Origin: a virus
Taxonomy: Duplodnaviria > Caudoviricetes
IMG/VR virus record: IMGVR_UViG_3300017963_000120
Coordinates: 1 to 43,286 of that record
DNA length: 43,286 bases
Strand: one strand, 5' to 3'
Part shown: piece by piece, positions 26,777 through 37,070 of the stretch
Position numbering within the stretch: position 1 is the stretch's first letter
Layout of the letters: every line of letters starts with the position of its first letter
Notes under the pieces: model-generated
What the model was told of the DNA's origin: nothing
Seen by the model: the letters and a program-made list of their open reading frames with translations, nothing else
The model's database searches: none
Program-made: the position numbers and the translations under genes

Positions 26777-27307
26777 CTATCGGTTTAATATTCCTACATG
26801 TGGCCTTGAAAGTGAATCATCTTTTGCATCACCCCGGATACATCTAAACTGCCAACCGATTGACGGACCTTCCCACCATGCAGAATCAGCAGGAATATTC
26901 CTCATAACATAAAGCGAATCAGATTTGATATTGCGCCAGATGTTATACCAACCCGGTTCCCAAAACTGATTTGGATGTGTATCTTTATCGAAATAAAATC
27001 TTACATCCAGCGTGACAGAATCAGCACGTGCATCAACAGAATCAATGGAGAATGTCATTGTAAGAATACCCTCAACACCGTCTGATTTTAGGGGCATCAT
27101 ATCTGTAAATAAAGTATCAGAAGATAATGAATCACACATATATGAAGGTAATGTTCCCACAAGCCTTAATGAATCAGTATCCCTAAATGCAGTACCCCAC
27201 CTGATTGAATCTTGAAATTGTGGCAATCCCCAATACTGGACCTCATCATTTTGCCCGTATGACAGACTTACCAAAATTAGTAAAATTAAAACAATTGCTA
27301 ACTTCAT
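26777..27307 (-). CDS. Secreted beta-rich protein, dense in D-S/T sequons
   Basis: MKLAIVLILLILVSLSYG|QND; nine D(S/T)(A/L/V/I) motifs. Confidence 0.75.
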   Translation of the reverse strand: MKLAIVLILLILVSLSYGQNDEVQYWGLPQFQDSIRWGTAFRDTDSLRLVGTLPSYMCDSLSSDTLFTDMMPLKSDGVEGILTMTFSIDSVDARADSVTLDVRFYFDKDTHPNQFWEPGWYNIWRNIKSDSLYVMRNIPADSAWWEGPSIGWQFRCIRGDAKDDSLSRPHVGILNR

Positions 27308-27322
27308 AATACCCCCTTCTCA

Positions 27323-30300
27323 CTAAAGGCCATGTTTTGCCCTAATTTGAGTTATTAGAGATTGTAATTTTTCTATTTTTTCAGTGTCCTTTTCCTTTTT
27401 TGCTTTGGTTAATTGGACACGTATTTTTCTAATCATTTCCTTTGCTTCTTTACGTGGCACCTGATCCCGATCAATCATATCCTGTGCCTGATCCAATAAT
27501 GTTTTCTTCAATGCAAATTCAGAATAACCGAGTGCCCTTCTGATATCACCACCGGTTGCTGCTTCATATATTCCGGTAGTAATTCTTTTGACCGGATCAA
27601 AAGGAACACCAACAAATTTAGATGTAGCACTTGCCAGTTCATTTGTAATATTAAGGAATGTTTCAAGATCAATTTCATTGCCACGTACTATTTTTCCAAT
27701 TTCCTTTGCTACTCTCTGAAACCGTTCAAGTGGTCTTTCATGTGTTAAGAAATCCACATTTGATAGTGAACCGGCAAAAAGTGCATCAAATAATCCTTCA
27801 AGAAAATCACCAAGTATAAGTAAGCCATTGAATGAACCGAGCAAAGCAGCTCGTAATTGCTTTTCATCTTCCCACCTAAAACCGGATGCAGCAAACTGGA
27901 ACATCATAGGCAGTACAAAATGCGCCACCACAAACCGCTTTACATTTTCTGTTTTTGATCCCCGGCCTGCAATTAAATTTCTGATTGCCCCAACTTCTGC
28001 CCGGTAGTACTGATTTGGTGAAGTCATAAACATTGTAAATAATTTTGCCCAACTTCCCATCCTTTGTATTTCGCCCAAATCCTCAACATCACCTGCTTGC
28101 TGCATTCTTTTAGTCGAAGATTCAAATTCATTTAATGCATTTTTATGTGCTGTTTCAGGACCGGCACCTTCCTCAATTTGCTGATCATAATGATATTTAT
28201 AGACTGACCACCCACCATAAAGGATTGCTGCCCTGTCACCCAACTTTGTAAATAACATCAGAGCATTTGACAGGTCATTCACGCCAGACATTTTCTTAGG
28301 AATAGACTGTTTCATTGCAAGCATGATATCCCGTTCAAATCCTACCGAGTACCTTGCTTTCATCATTTCAGAACTCATTAATGTTTTTGTAGACTTAATA
28401 GGATGTTTATTAAAATCAACCACACCTGCTATAAAATCCTTTACCGGTATATCAGATGCATATGCCGGGAAAGAAGTAAGCTGCTTTAAAAATACAGTCG
28501 GATTGATACCCAATACCGCACGTGTAAAATTCGCCCTAATTTTATCAAGTGCATTTGTGACAAGCATTCTGTCCACACCGCCACGTGCCAGATCATCAAT
28601 CATTTTATTTAAAACTTGCAGCATATTCTGACCATGATACTGCTTAATGGCCTTTGATACTTCGTCAGAATTAAATATGCTTCTAAGTTTTCTTACCGTA
28701 TGTGTCCAGTTTTTAAAATGTTCCATTTGCAGGATGTGCTGCATAAGCACCTGATCACCATCCACATACCGCAAACCATGTGTATTGTCCACACGCGATC
28801 TTAAACTGCTATTTAAAGTAGTACCGTATTGTGTCCGGTCCTTTAAATATGGATCATCATCAGTTTCGCCCTTCTTATCTCTGGATATCGGTGTATAGAA
28901 CTCATTGAACGGCAGGTCAACAAAGAACCTTTCCCGGAATGTTTTATTGATTGTCTCATAATAATCCGGGTAAAACTCATTGATTTGCCATAACGCCCAT
29001 TCCTTGACTTCCGGTAATAGAAATTTTTCGACTGCTTTGAAAGTCTCATCTGTCCACCCCATCATTTCAAAGGTAGGTTGAAGTTTTGGATCAAGATATT
29101 CAAGCCATTTTTTATAAGCCTCATTTTGTGACATTTCCAGTTCAATCTGTTTTTCTTTTCCGTCCTCTCCCATCTTTGTGATAAATGCACCGGTTTTTTG
29201 ACGTTCATTATTCTTCCGGAGCTTCCGGGATAATTTCCTGCCCTTAACCTTGTATATTTCTTCCATTTTATCATTGATCAATTGCATCAATTCACGTATG
29301 CCCTGATTTTCTGCATTCCGGGCATAGCGAACATCCCGACCAAATTCAGTGTTTAAAAATCCACGTAAAGGTTTACTTTTTTTATGGTACCGGGATAATT
29401 TATCCATAAGCCATTCAAACGATTGCTGCATATTGTCAAATGACTTGAATATATTATCAATTTTATCCCGGCCTTCTGCTCTCATTTCTTCCTGTGATAA
29501 TACCCCCTTCCCACCGGTGACCATATGCACTACCCTGTTCCTGATCCTTGCCATATCCTGCAAGCGGATATTTTCCTGTATCCGGTGTTCAGTCTGACCT
29601 TTTTCGATCAGTGTATTTAATTCACGTATGGCCTGTGCAACACCGGCAGCATCCTTGCCTGCCATATCACCAAATACGCCATACAGATAAAGTATTTCTT
29701 CTTCTTCAGTTGTAGGTTCCCGGCCTTCTAAATTAATGCGCTCAAGTATCTGTTCCTGTTTTTCTCTCACACCTTCCTCTGACATTCCCATCACATCACG
29801 TAAATCTCTTAAAACTTTATATACTTCCGGTGTCAAGGTGGTACCACGTGGTACCATGTTTTTAACCTTTGGCTCATAGCGGACCATCAGATTTTTAATA
29901 CGTTCAAGGCCAGTTCTTTTTTGTACGTTTTCTGCAATGGCATCTATCTTTTTATAAGCCTTGTCCACATCTTTTAAATTTTTGGCCTTTGCGACCTGTG
30001 TTAAAAGCGGACCAACTTGCCCACGTGAAATTGCTTCTGGTGGCAGATATTTTCGGGCATACTTCTGGATCAGCATTTTCACATCTTCTAATCTTTTACG
30101 CTCAAGTTGTTTTCCTTTTCTAACGCCTTGAGAGATATGTTTTATTTTATCTTTGATCAGTTTTGACAGGTGAACTTGAATCATTGGGTCCTCAAACATT
30201 GATTCACCCTTAAATTCACCTTCCTGAAACAAGATATTATGACGTAAATATTTTTTATAGGTGTCAGTTTCCCAATCAGCAGGTATGGCACCATCAGCAA

Positions 30301-33300
30301 CTTCTTGCTGTCTCATCAGTTCAATCTGTTCTTCAGAAATTCCCAAATCCATTGATTCAACATGCAATGGTGCATTATCTCTTAACTTTTCTATAAACCA
30401 ATCAGTAGGATTATAATTTGAAGGTGGTTGCGATATTACACCTTCCTCAATTGCCGTAGCAGCCAGATCATCAAGGCCAGTTCCTTCACCCGGCTTTGCA
30501 GCAGTCATATTCCATAAACCACGATCCTCTTTATAGGCAATGCCATGCTCTGCTAAATGTTCCCGGATGATCTTACCCTTTGATTTTACCCATTGGCGTA
30601 CTGTTAATATTCCTTCTGGTTGTTTGACAGGTTTTGCTTTTTTTACATCAACACCGAGCATTCTATCAAACACATCTTTTACTTCAGGTGACAGATCAAC
30701 ATCAATAGCAGTACCCTTGATCCGTCCGTAAATCTCTTTTAACCATTCTTTAAAAGATTCAAATATTTCGATCAGTCTTTCATTTGGTGCTGTACCGGTA
30801 CGGAGATAATTTTCAAAACCACGTGCGAATTTTTCTTCTGCTTTCCTGTTCCACGTTTTCTGTCCGGTCCATTTTAAAACGGTAATATCATCTTCGATAT
30901 TAAGATCACGCCTGAAGATATGTGCCAGTTCATGTATTGCTGTGGACACATCGGCATTTTCAAAAGCATGGATGATTGCCCTGCCATCATCAAGGAATTG
31001 TGTAGCACCCTTGTATTCCTGAAACAGTGGCATTCCTTCATTAATGACAGCAAAACGCATATCGTCTGTAATTGGCAATTTGTGAATATCAGTAACCTCA
31101 TTCATAAATCCCGGTTCCTCAACCACATAATCAACATCTTGCGCAATATTTACTGGTGATTTACCAACAACAATTTCATCTTTTTGTGTTTTTGCACCAT
31201 ACCGCTTGCCAAACTTGTTAGCATATCTGACAAGCATATCATCATAAAACCCCTTCATTCCCTGACCACCGATTGAAAGATCATCACCGGCAATTGTGAT
31301 ATCACCCTTACTGGAAAGAATTTTATTTGCAATTTCCCTACCAACAACATTTTCTAAAGGTGCCCCCTTTAACCTATAACTTTCAGAACTCGCATCAGTT
31401 ACTTTACCAGTTTCAGTATCAATGTTCATTGATACAACTTGTTTATTGTTTTTGCTAAATCTAAGAAGTCTTGCATTTGGCATACCCAATACACCAATAA
31501 CTTCTATTTCATCAATATTTTTCCTTATTGCAGATTCATACCGATCAATTTGCTGCTTGCCGGTTGTCCAACCTACTGAATCAAATCCCCTTTCGGCTGC
31601 CCATCGGACCATACGCTTAAATGTCAATTCGTGCCACGTTTTTTTGAATGGTGCATCTGGTAATCCAATACGCAAATTTACGCCTTCCTGATCCAGTTTA
31701 AATACTTGCTTTTTGATATCAGCAATTTCCTGAAAGTATTTTGCTGCTTTAGTAGATTCTGGTATTAACAACGTAAGATTGCCTTCTGGTGTGATATAGG
31801 CTAATTTTTTATAATCACCATCTTTTTGTTCTAACATGTCTGAATATCCCCATCCACCATCGGCAGTTTGAGCTATAAATATTGAGACACCTTCCTCTTT
31901 CTCTATTTTATCAATCCAATCTAATCTTTGCTGATCCAGATCACCCAATATTTTAGTTATCTGTTCAAGTCTTTTTTCATCCCTGTACCCACGCTTCCTG
32001 CCTTCTTGATGCCAATCAGACTGAATTTCCTCAATAAATAATATTTTTTTACCGTCTTTATCCATTCTTTCTTTAAACCGCACATGTGCCAACACGTTAG
32101 GTTCCTCAAAATGACCTTCAGTAAATACATTTGTTTTATCAGATTCAACCTTTGCAATATGTGACCTTAATATCTCTGCCCGGTTTTGAAGATCACCCAC
32201 AATTTTAGAGTGCCTTGAATGTAGTTTATCCTGATATAATTGTTTTAAATCAACAACAACCTTGTTTCGCATTCCAGACCATTCAGATTCAACTCTTTTT
32301 TCAGCAGAGTAAGGCGTATCACCACGCCTTTTAAACATCCTTATTCTGAATTGTTTCTCGGCCTCAAGTTCATTGGTTATTTCTTCTTGTAATTCAGGTA
32401 ATGTTTGTTCCCACGCCCATTGCCAAGTACCGACAATAAAACGATTTATTTGATCAAGCTTATCATTTATTTCTTTTGACCTTACATCGGCCTCAACTTT
32501 ATCCCGAATTTGCTGTTCTACTTTCGTTAATTCCTCAAGCCATTTTTCCTGATCTTTACTTCTGACAGTGGGTAAGGTCAACATCATTTCACGATATTTT
32601 TCACCACCGGGCAGCGTATATTCTTCATATCTGGTACCACGCATCGGACCACCACGAAAGAGCTCATCAACATAACCATCAACATTATATCTGACTTGAA
32701 CACCACGATCCTGCAATTGCTTAGCCAATGCATCCAGTTCAGTACGCTCATCTAAGAAATCACCAGTAGGATCAGTTTGCAAATTATCAATATAGGCATC
32801 ACTTTGTTTGACATAATCAATAAGTAACTGTCTAAATTCCGGTGTGACCTGTGTATGCTCGTAGGTAAATCCCTCATCCAGTGTATAATACAGTTGACCG
32901 CCACTATCATCATAAATTACTTCTGTAAATTCAATCTGGTTTTCATAAAACCGGTCAAGCACTTCCTGCTTAGTAACAGATTCTTTTTCATTTAAAAGAT
33001 CAGCGATACCGGAGTATTGTAATTCTTCTTCTTTGATACCACCCTTCTTAATCATGTTCCTGACCTGATCCGAATTTGCTTTATTTGGCATTTTTTCATT
33101 GATCAGGTTTTCGAGCTTTGAATAAAATGTAGGTGCCGGTTGCTGTTCCTGATAAAGTATATTTTCTTTTGCAGGATCATAAGTTCCTATATTTCCGGTT
33201 GCAGATTTTATCTGATTAGGATCAAATGCTATCCAGACATTATGATCTGGACCACCACCCATCTTATTACCACGATCCTGTATGCCATCATAGCCATGTT

Positions 33301-36124
33301 CTTTAAATATCTTTACCGCTTTTTTCGGAATTTGTGTTGACCATGTAGGATTATAATTAGGATTTTCTGCTTTATTTTTTTCATCCTGTTCAATAGACTC
33401 CACAAACATTTTTAGCGATTCACGCCAATCTTCTTTTTCACGTTCATATTTTGCTTTTTGTTTTAATGCAGCCAGTACATCATCCGGGAATTTATCCTGT
33501 ATGACTATCGGATTTTGTATTGAAAGATAAAGTGGAAACACGCCCGGTTGCGACCTGTCAGTTGACTGCCAATCTGCACCAATCCGGTTAAGTATTTCCT
33601 CAAACGCAGTATATAAATCTTCCCGTAGATAAGTAGGTGTTTTATCTTCCATGTCGGCATAAACAATATTTTCACCCATCCACTCATAAAATTTATATAT
33701 ACTCCATAAGTCTTTACTGCCACCACGAAGTTTCATTCTGTATGCTTCTTTGTCATATTGAGCATTATCTTCTATCCACTGATCCATCCATGCAAGCGCA
33801 TGTACCGCTTCCCCGTTTTCATCCTTTTCATTTTTCATCTGCTCAATAATTTTGTGCTGTTTCGGTGTCATTTCCTGATTCCACAACCTGCCAGAATATT
33901 TTAATCCTTTGCCTTTTTTAAATTTATACTGTTCACCCTCAGTAAATCCTTTTCTTTCATATTTACCTGTGGCATAATTACTTGCCACTTCTGGACTTTC
34001 GGTTGCATAAAATCCACCTGACTCGGAAGCGTATGGTTTATATTTTTCACCATATCCCAACACATTATAATGACCGGAATAAACTACTTTTGGTTTTCCC
34101 TTTTCATCAGTGACTTTGGATTTCCGAAACCAGTTTTTTAGATTTTGCTCTATTTCTTCAGGTGTACGTTTTTGAAATAATTTTTCTTCTGTTTCAGGTG
34201 CCTGCCCCCTTCTAATCCCGGCAATCCGTCTTTTATACCAATCTTCTTTTTTATTCCCTGTCTGCTTTGCCCACGTTTCTGCACGTGCATCAGCAATATC
34301 GGCAACGGCATCGGCCTGCATATCATCCAGATTGAAATTAGTTTTCATTTCATCTCGGAACGTCTGCCTGTCTGTAATCGGTTTATTACCGGCAGGTGTT
34401 TGCTGATTTATAATTGTCTGTGCATCATCCGGTTTCATTTTCTTTATATCGGCAGCAGAGTAACCAAGATCACCAAGTCTTTTTTTATCATCATTGGTAA
34501 TCATAAATTTTACTTTTGCGCCTTTTTCTTCCTCTGCAACCTTTTCCGCTTTTTCTTCCATTGCAGTAATTTTCTCTTCAACAGTAGGTAGTTTTTCTTC
34601 AGGCAATGGTTCACGAAGAATATCGGCAAGTCTTTTTTCCTGATCCGGTGTTAATACCTGACCGGCATCCTCAACCGATGTTTTTAATTCCTGTACATCT
34701 GATTCAACTCTAAGGTTTTCAGATTCTTCCTGCACAACCTCATCTATAATTTTAGGTCTGTCAACCTCAACAAATTCACCTTCCTCAATAACATAATAGG
34801 TATCATCTTTAACTGATAATGCTTCAGTTAATAGTGGAATTTGCTGTTTATCTTCTAATTTTTCAGATTGTTTTAATCGCTCAATTTCCGCTTTTATCTC
34901 ATCACTGGTCACATCCTCAGACAGCGCAAACCGGACCGCATCACGTGTGCCTTCCAGTTTTCTAAATTCTTTTGGTGCTTCTTCCGTTACTTCTTCACCC
35001 GGCTTTATTCTCTCGGCAGTTACGCCGGTAACAGCAGCACCCGGCGCAAGCAAAAATGCCATTGGTATAGCAACTTCAGATGTAGTATTCCAGATAGACT
35101 TTAACCATTCCCCCGGTGCAGATTGCCCGATTGCAGTATTATCTATTTCATTTGATAATGCTTTTGAAAACTCTTTTGTGGAAAACATTAATATATCCTG
35201 CAATACTTCCTCAGATACTTCCGTTGCCCAATTCTGACCGTATTTCGTAACCAACTTCTTTATAATTTGAGCTGCAGTTCCCCTAATCGTATCCAGTGCA
35301 AGCCTTTTCATTCCGGGAATGATCTTTGATACCTGACTAAATTCAATGGCAGCGTATGGTACACCGGCAGCATGTGATAAAGGCTTTGCAATTTTATCAT
35401 CAATTCCCAACTTTCTCATTTCACCATACATCTGCCCGGCACCCTGTCTGTACCAGTAAAAGCCTGATCCTGTCATCATACCGGCAGCGAATGCAGCAGG
35501 CATGGTAATAACTTCTTCAGGTGCTATGGCCTGTGGACCCATTTGCCCAGCAGCCAATGCACCGGCAGCATAGGTGGCACCCAATGCACCGCCCTCGGTA
35601 TAACCTTTCAACATAGGACCTGCCATCTGCACCACTTTATATAAATTGTCTGACAACCAATTAGTGCCCTTAACCGGATCAGACTGCATTTTCTTTTCAA
35701 AGGTTTCACGCATCTTTGCGACTTGCTTATAATCCTGCAAACCTAAAGATGCCTCATACATCAGTGCATCCAGTTCCACACCACGAAGGCCACGACTCCA
35801 CGCTTCTGCAATATTATCCACAAATGACCGGCTGACATTCACCACATCCTCAACCGGTGTTTCTTCAGGTGCAGGTTGATATGTCACGCCAGATGTATCA
35901 GTAGAAGCTGCAGGTGCAGGTACCGGATCAGGAAAGGCAACCACGCCAGTTTGCACCGGTGCCGGTTGTAATCCGGGAGTTTCTACTGGTGCAGGTTCAG
36001 GTTCCGTAACACCATACTTCTGGTAGATATCACCATAATATTTTGATTTAGCATCTTTATAAGTAGGTGCTAATCCTTCACCAGTTTGACCAAATTTCTT
36101 TTGTGCCTCTTTAAAAGTGGACAT
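27323..36124 (-). CDS. Giant polyvalent/ejection protein (ART-like domain, EEIQSDW domain, zincin metallopeptidase)
   Basis: ART-PolyVal-like WF..SKV.D..G.P.VVY, GYDG, AFDPNQIKS; FIEEIQSDWHQ module; HELAH plus EEKFARGFE zincin; Ala/Gly-rich hydrophobic N-terminal region; follows two ejection-like genes. Confidence 0.8.
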   Translation of the reverse strand: MSTFKEAQKKFGQTGEGLAPTYKDAKSKYYGDIYQKYGVTEPEPAPVETPGLQPAPVQTGVVAFPDPVPAPAASTDTSGVTYQPAPEETPVEDVVNVSRSFVDNIAEAWSRGLRGVELDALMYEASLGLQDYKQVAKMRETFEKKMQSDPVKGTNWLSDNLYKVVQMAGPMLKGYTEGGALGATYAAGALAAGQMGPQAIAPEEVITMPAAFAAGMMTGSGFYWYRQGAGQMYGEMRKLGIDDKIAKPLSHAAGVPYAAIEFSQVSKIIPGMKRLALDTIRGTAAQIIKKLVTKYGQNWATEVSEEVLQDILMFSTKEFSKALSNEIDNTAIGQSAPGEWLKSIWNTTSEVAIPMAFLLAPGAAVTGVTAERIKPGEEVTEEAPKEFRKLEGTRDAVRFALSEDVTSDEIKAEIERLKQSEKLEDKQQIPLLTEALSVKDDTYYVIEEGEFVEVDRPKIIDEVVQEESENLRVESDVQELKTSVEDAGQVLTPDQEKRLADILREPLPEEKLPTVEEKITAMEEKAEKVAEEEKGAKVKFMITNDDKKRLGDLGYSAADIKKMKPDDAQTIINQQTPAGNKPITDRQTFRDEMKTNFNLDDMQADAVADIADARAETWAKQTGNKKEDWYKRRIAGIRRGQAPETEEKLFQKRTPEEIEQNLKNWFRKSKVTDEKGKPKVVYSGHYNVLGYGEKYKPYASESGGFYATESPEVASNYATGKYERKGFTEGEQYKFKKGKGLKYSGRLWNQEMTPKQHKIIEQMKNEKDENGEAVHALAWMDQWIEDNAQYDKEAYRMKLRGGSKDLWSIYKFYEWMGENIVYADMEDKTPTYLREDLYTAFEEILNRIGADWQSTDRSQPGVFPLYLSIQNPIVIQDKFPDDVLAALKQKAKYEREKEDWRESLKMFVESIEQDEKNKAENPNYNPTWSTQIPKKAVKIFKEHGYDGIQDRGNKMGGGPDHNVWIAFDPNQIKSATGNIGTYDPAKENILYQEQQPAPTFYSKLENLINEKMPNKANSDQVRNMIKKGGIKEEELQYSGIADLLNEKESVTKQEVLDRFYENQIEFTEVIYDDSGGQLYYTLDEGFTYEHTQVTPEFRQLLIDYVKQSDAYIDNLQTDPTGDFLDERTELDALAKQLQDRGVQVRYNVDGYVDELFRGGPMRGTRYEEYTLPGGEKYREMMLTLPTVRSKDQEKWLEELTKVEQQIRDKVEADVRSKEINDKLDQINRFIVGTWQWAWEQTLPELQEEITNELEAEKQFRIRMFKRRGDTPYSAEKRVESEWSGMRNKVVVDLKQLYQDKLHSRHSKIVGDLQNRAEILRSHIAKVESDKTNVFTEGHFEEPNVLAHVRFKERMDKDGKKILFIEEIQSDWHQEGRKRGYRDEKRLEQITKILGDLDQQRLDWIDKIEKEEGVSIFIAQTADGGWGYSDMLEQKDGDYKKLAYITPEGNLTLLIPESTKAAKYFQEIADIKKQVFKLDQEGVNLRIGLPDAPFKKTWHELTFKRMVRWAAERGFDSVGWTTGKQQIDRYESAIRKNIDEIEVIGVLGMPNARLLRFSKNNKQVVSMNIDTETGKVTDASSESYRLKGAPLENVVGREIANKILSSKGDITIAGDDLSIGGQGMKGFYDDMLVRYANKFGKRYGAKTQKDEIVVGKSPVNIAQDVDYVVEEPGFMNEVTDIHKLPITDDMRFAVINEGMPLFQEYKGATQFLDDGRAIIHAFENADVSTAIHELAHIFRRDLNIEDDITVLKWTGQKTWNRKAEEKFARGFENYLRTGTAPNERLIEIFESFKEWLKEIYGRIKGTAIDVDLSPEVKDVFDRMLGVDVKKAKPVKQPEGILTVRQWVKSKGKIIREHLAEHGIAYKEDRGLWNMTAAKPGEGTGLDDLAATAIEEGVISQPPSNYNPTDWFIEKLRDNAPLHVESMDLGISEEQIELMRQQEVADGAIPADWETDTYKKYLRHNILFQEGEFKGESMFEDPMIQVHLSKLIKDKIKHISQGVRKGKQLERKRLEDVKMLIQKYARKYLPPEAISRGQVGPLLTQVAKAKNLKDVDKAYKKIDAIAENVQKRTGLERIKNLMVRYEPKVKNMVPRGTTLTPEVYKVLRDLRDVMGMSEEGVREKQEQILERINLEGREPTTEEEEILYLYGVFGDMAGKDAAGVAQAIRELNTLIEKGQTEHRIQENIRLQDMARIRNRVVHMVTGGKGVLSQEEMRAEGRDKIDNIFKSFDNMQQSFEWLMDKLSRYHKKSKPLRGFLNTEFGRDVRYARNAENQGIRELMQLINDKMEEIYKVKGRKLSRKLRKNNERQKTGAFITKMGEDGKEKQIELEMSQNEAYKKWLEYLDPKLQPTFEMMGWTDETFKAVEKFLLPEVKEWALWQINEFYPDYYETINKTFRERFFVDLPFNEFYTPISRDKKGETDDDPYLKDRTQYGTTLNSSLRSRVDNTHGLRYVDGDQVLMQHILQMEHFKNWTHTVRKLRSIFNSDEVSKAIKQYHGQNMLQVLNKMIDDLARGGVDRMLVTNALDKIRANFTRAVLGINPTVFLKQLTSFPAYASDIPVKDFIAGVVDFNKHPIKSTKTLMSSEMMKARYSVGFERDIMLAMKQSIPKKMSGVNDLSNALMLFTKLGDRAAILYGGWSVYKYHYDQQIEEGAGPETAHKNALNEFESSTKRMQQAGDVEDLGEIQRMGSWAKLFTMFMTSPNQYYRAEVGAIRNLIAGRGSKTENVKRFVVAHFVLPMMFQFAASGFRWEDEKQLRAALLGSFNGLLILGDFLEGLFDALFAGSLSNVDFLTHERPLERFQRVAKEIGKIVRGNEIDLETFLNITNELASATSKFVGVPFDPVKRITTGIYEAATGGDIRRALGYSEFALKKTLLDQAQDMIDRDQVPRKEAKEMIRKIRVQLTKAKKEKDTEKIEKLQSLITQIRAKHGL

Positions 36125-37059
36125 TATTTTTTTAGCCTTCTTTGAATCATCAATTGTGCCTGTTCTTCAGGTATACCGGCTTCAATATAGGATAAATACA
36201 TTTTTGTTAAATAATAAGACTGCTCATCGGTATAGCCTTTGTTCATCATGGTCTGATAATATTTTTCGGCTTTATCGGCATGTTTATCGTATGGATCAAT
36301 CCCGGATATCTCTGATATTTTATCACTGTTCCATGCCAGTTCCGCAAGTATCTCATCCACCCTGTCTTGATGTTCAGGCAGGTATCCACCTAAATCTTTA
36401 TCATAGTAATCTGATAATTCCGCTTTTAAAATACTGTTTTTTTCTTTGAATGCATTTAACTGCAATTTTGCATCTGGTGGAATGGTGTCACCCGGCCTAT
36501 CTTTACGCTTTTCCCTTTCGGTTAATATTTTTTCTTCAGTCAAAGAAATATCAGAACGGTATTTATCCTCTTTAAGTTTGTCAAGTGCAGTTTGTGCATC
36601 ACCTGCAACCATACCGCTTTGCCGTAACCACTTTTCTTTAGCAGCAGTAGGCCACATATCAAAACCGGCAGGATACTCAAGTTCCGGCTTTGGTGATGCT
36701 TCCGGTGTGCGGAAATAAGACAACCGCCTTTCCGGTCCCGTATCAAGCATACCCATGCCGGGAACCTGTGCTTGGGGAGTATGGGTTCCTGCCGGTCCTA
36801 AAATCTGCTCTGTTACTGTATTTAAAAAATCGCCTGATTCTTTTCTTGTAGGCATTGGAACATTGGGATCAGAATAAACGCCTAAATGATACTGGTAAAC
36901 CTTATCAAGAAAATTCTGTTTGCGCTTTTCATCTTCTTCTTTTTTTCGCGTTAGTGCCTCATTTTCAAGATTAGACTTTGCCTGATATCCCATATACATA
37001 TTGCCTAAACCTACACCCAACAATGCAGCAATGGCACTACTCGTATCTTTTTGTGGCAT
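36124..37059 (-). CDS. Putative internal virion/ejection protein
   Basis: N-terminal Ala/Gly hydrophobic segment then coiled coil; position before the giant protein. Confidence 0.55.
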   Translation of the reverse strand: MPQKDTSSAIAALLGVGLGNMYMGYQAKSNLENEALTRKKEEDEKRKQNFLDKVYQYHLGVYSDPNVPMPTRKESGDFLNTVTEQILGPAGTHTPQAQVPGMGMLDTGPERRLSYFRTPEASPKPELEYPAGFDMWPTAAKEKWLRQSGMVAGDAQTALDKLKEDKYRSDISLTEEKILTEREKRKDRPGDTIPPDAKLQLNAFKEKNSILKAELSDYYDKDLGGYLPEHQDRVDEILAELAWNSDKISEISGIDPYDKHADKAEKYYQTMMNKGYTDEQSYYLTKMYLSYIEAGIPEEQAQLMIQRRLKK

Positions 37060-37070
37060 TGTAATAACCT

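Noticed and set aside
35400-35620. Hydrophobic Ala/Gly stretch of the giant protein as a secretion signal
   Set aside because: It is internal and typical of membrane-penetrating segments of ejection proteins, not an N-terminal signal peptide.
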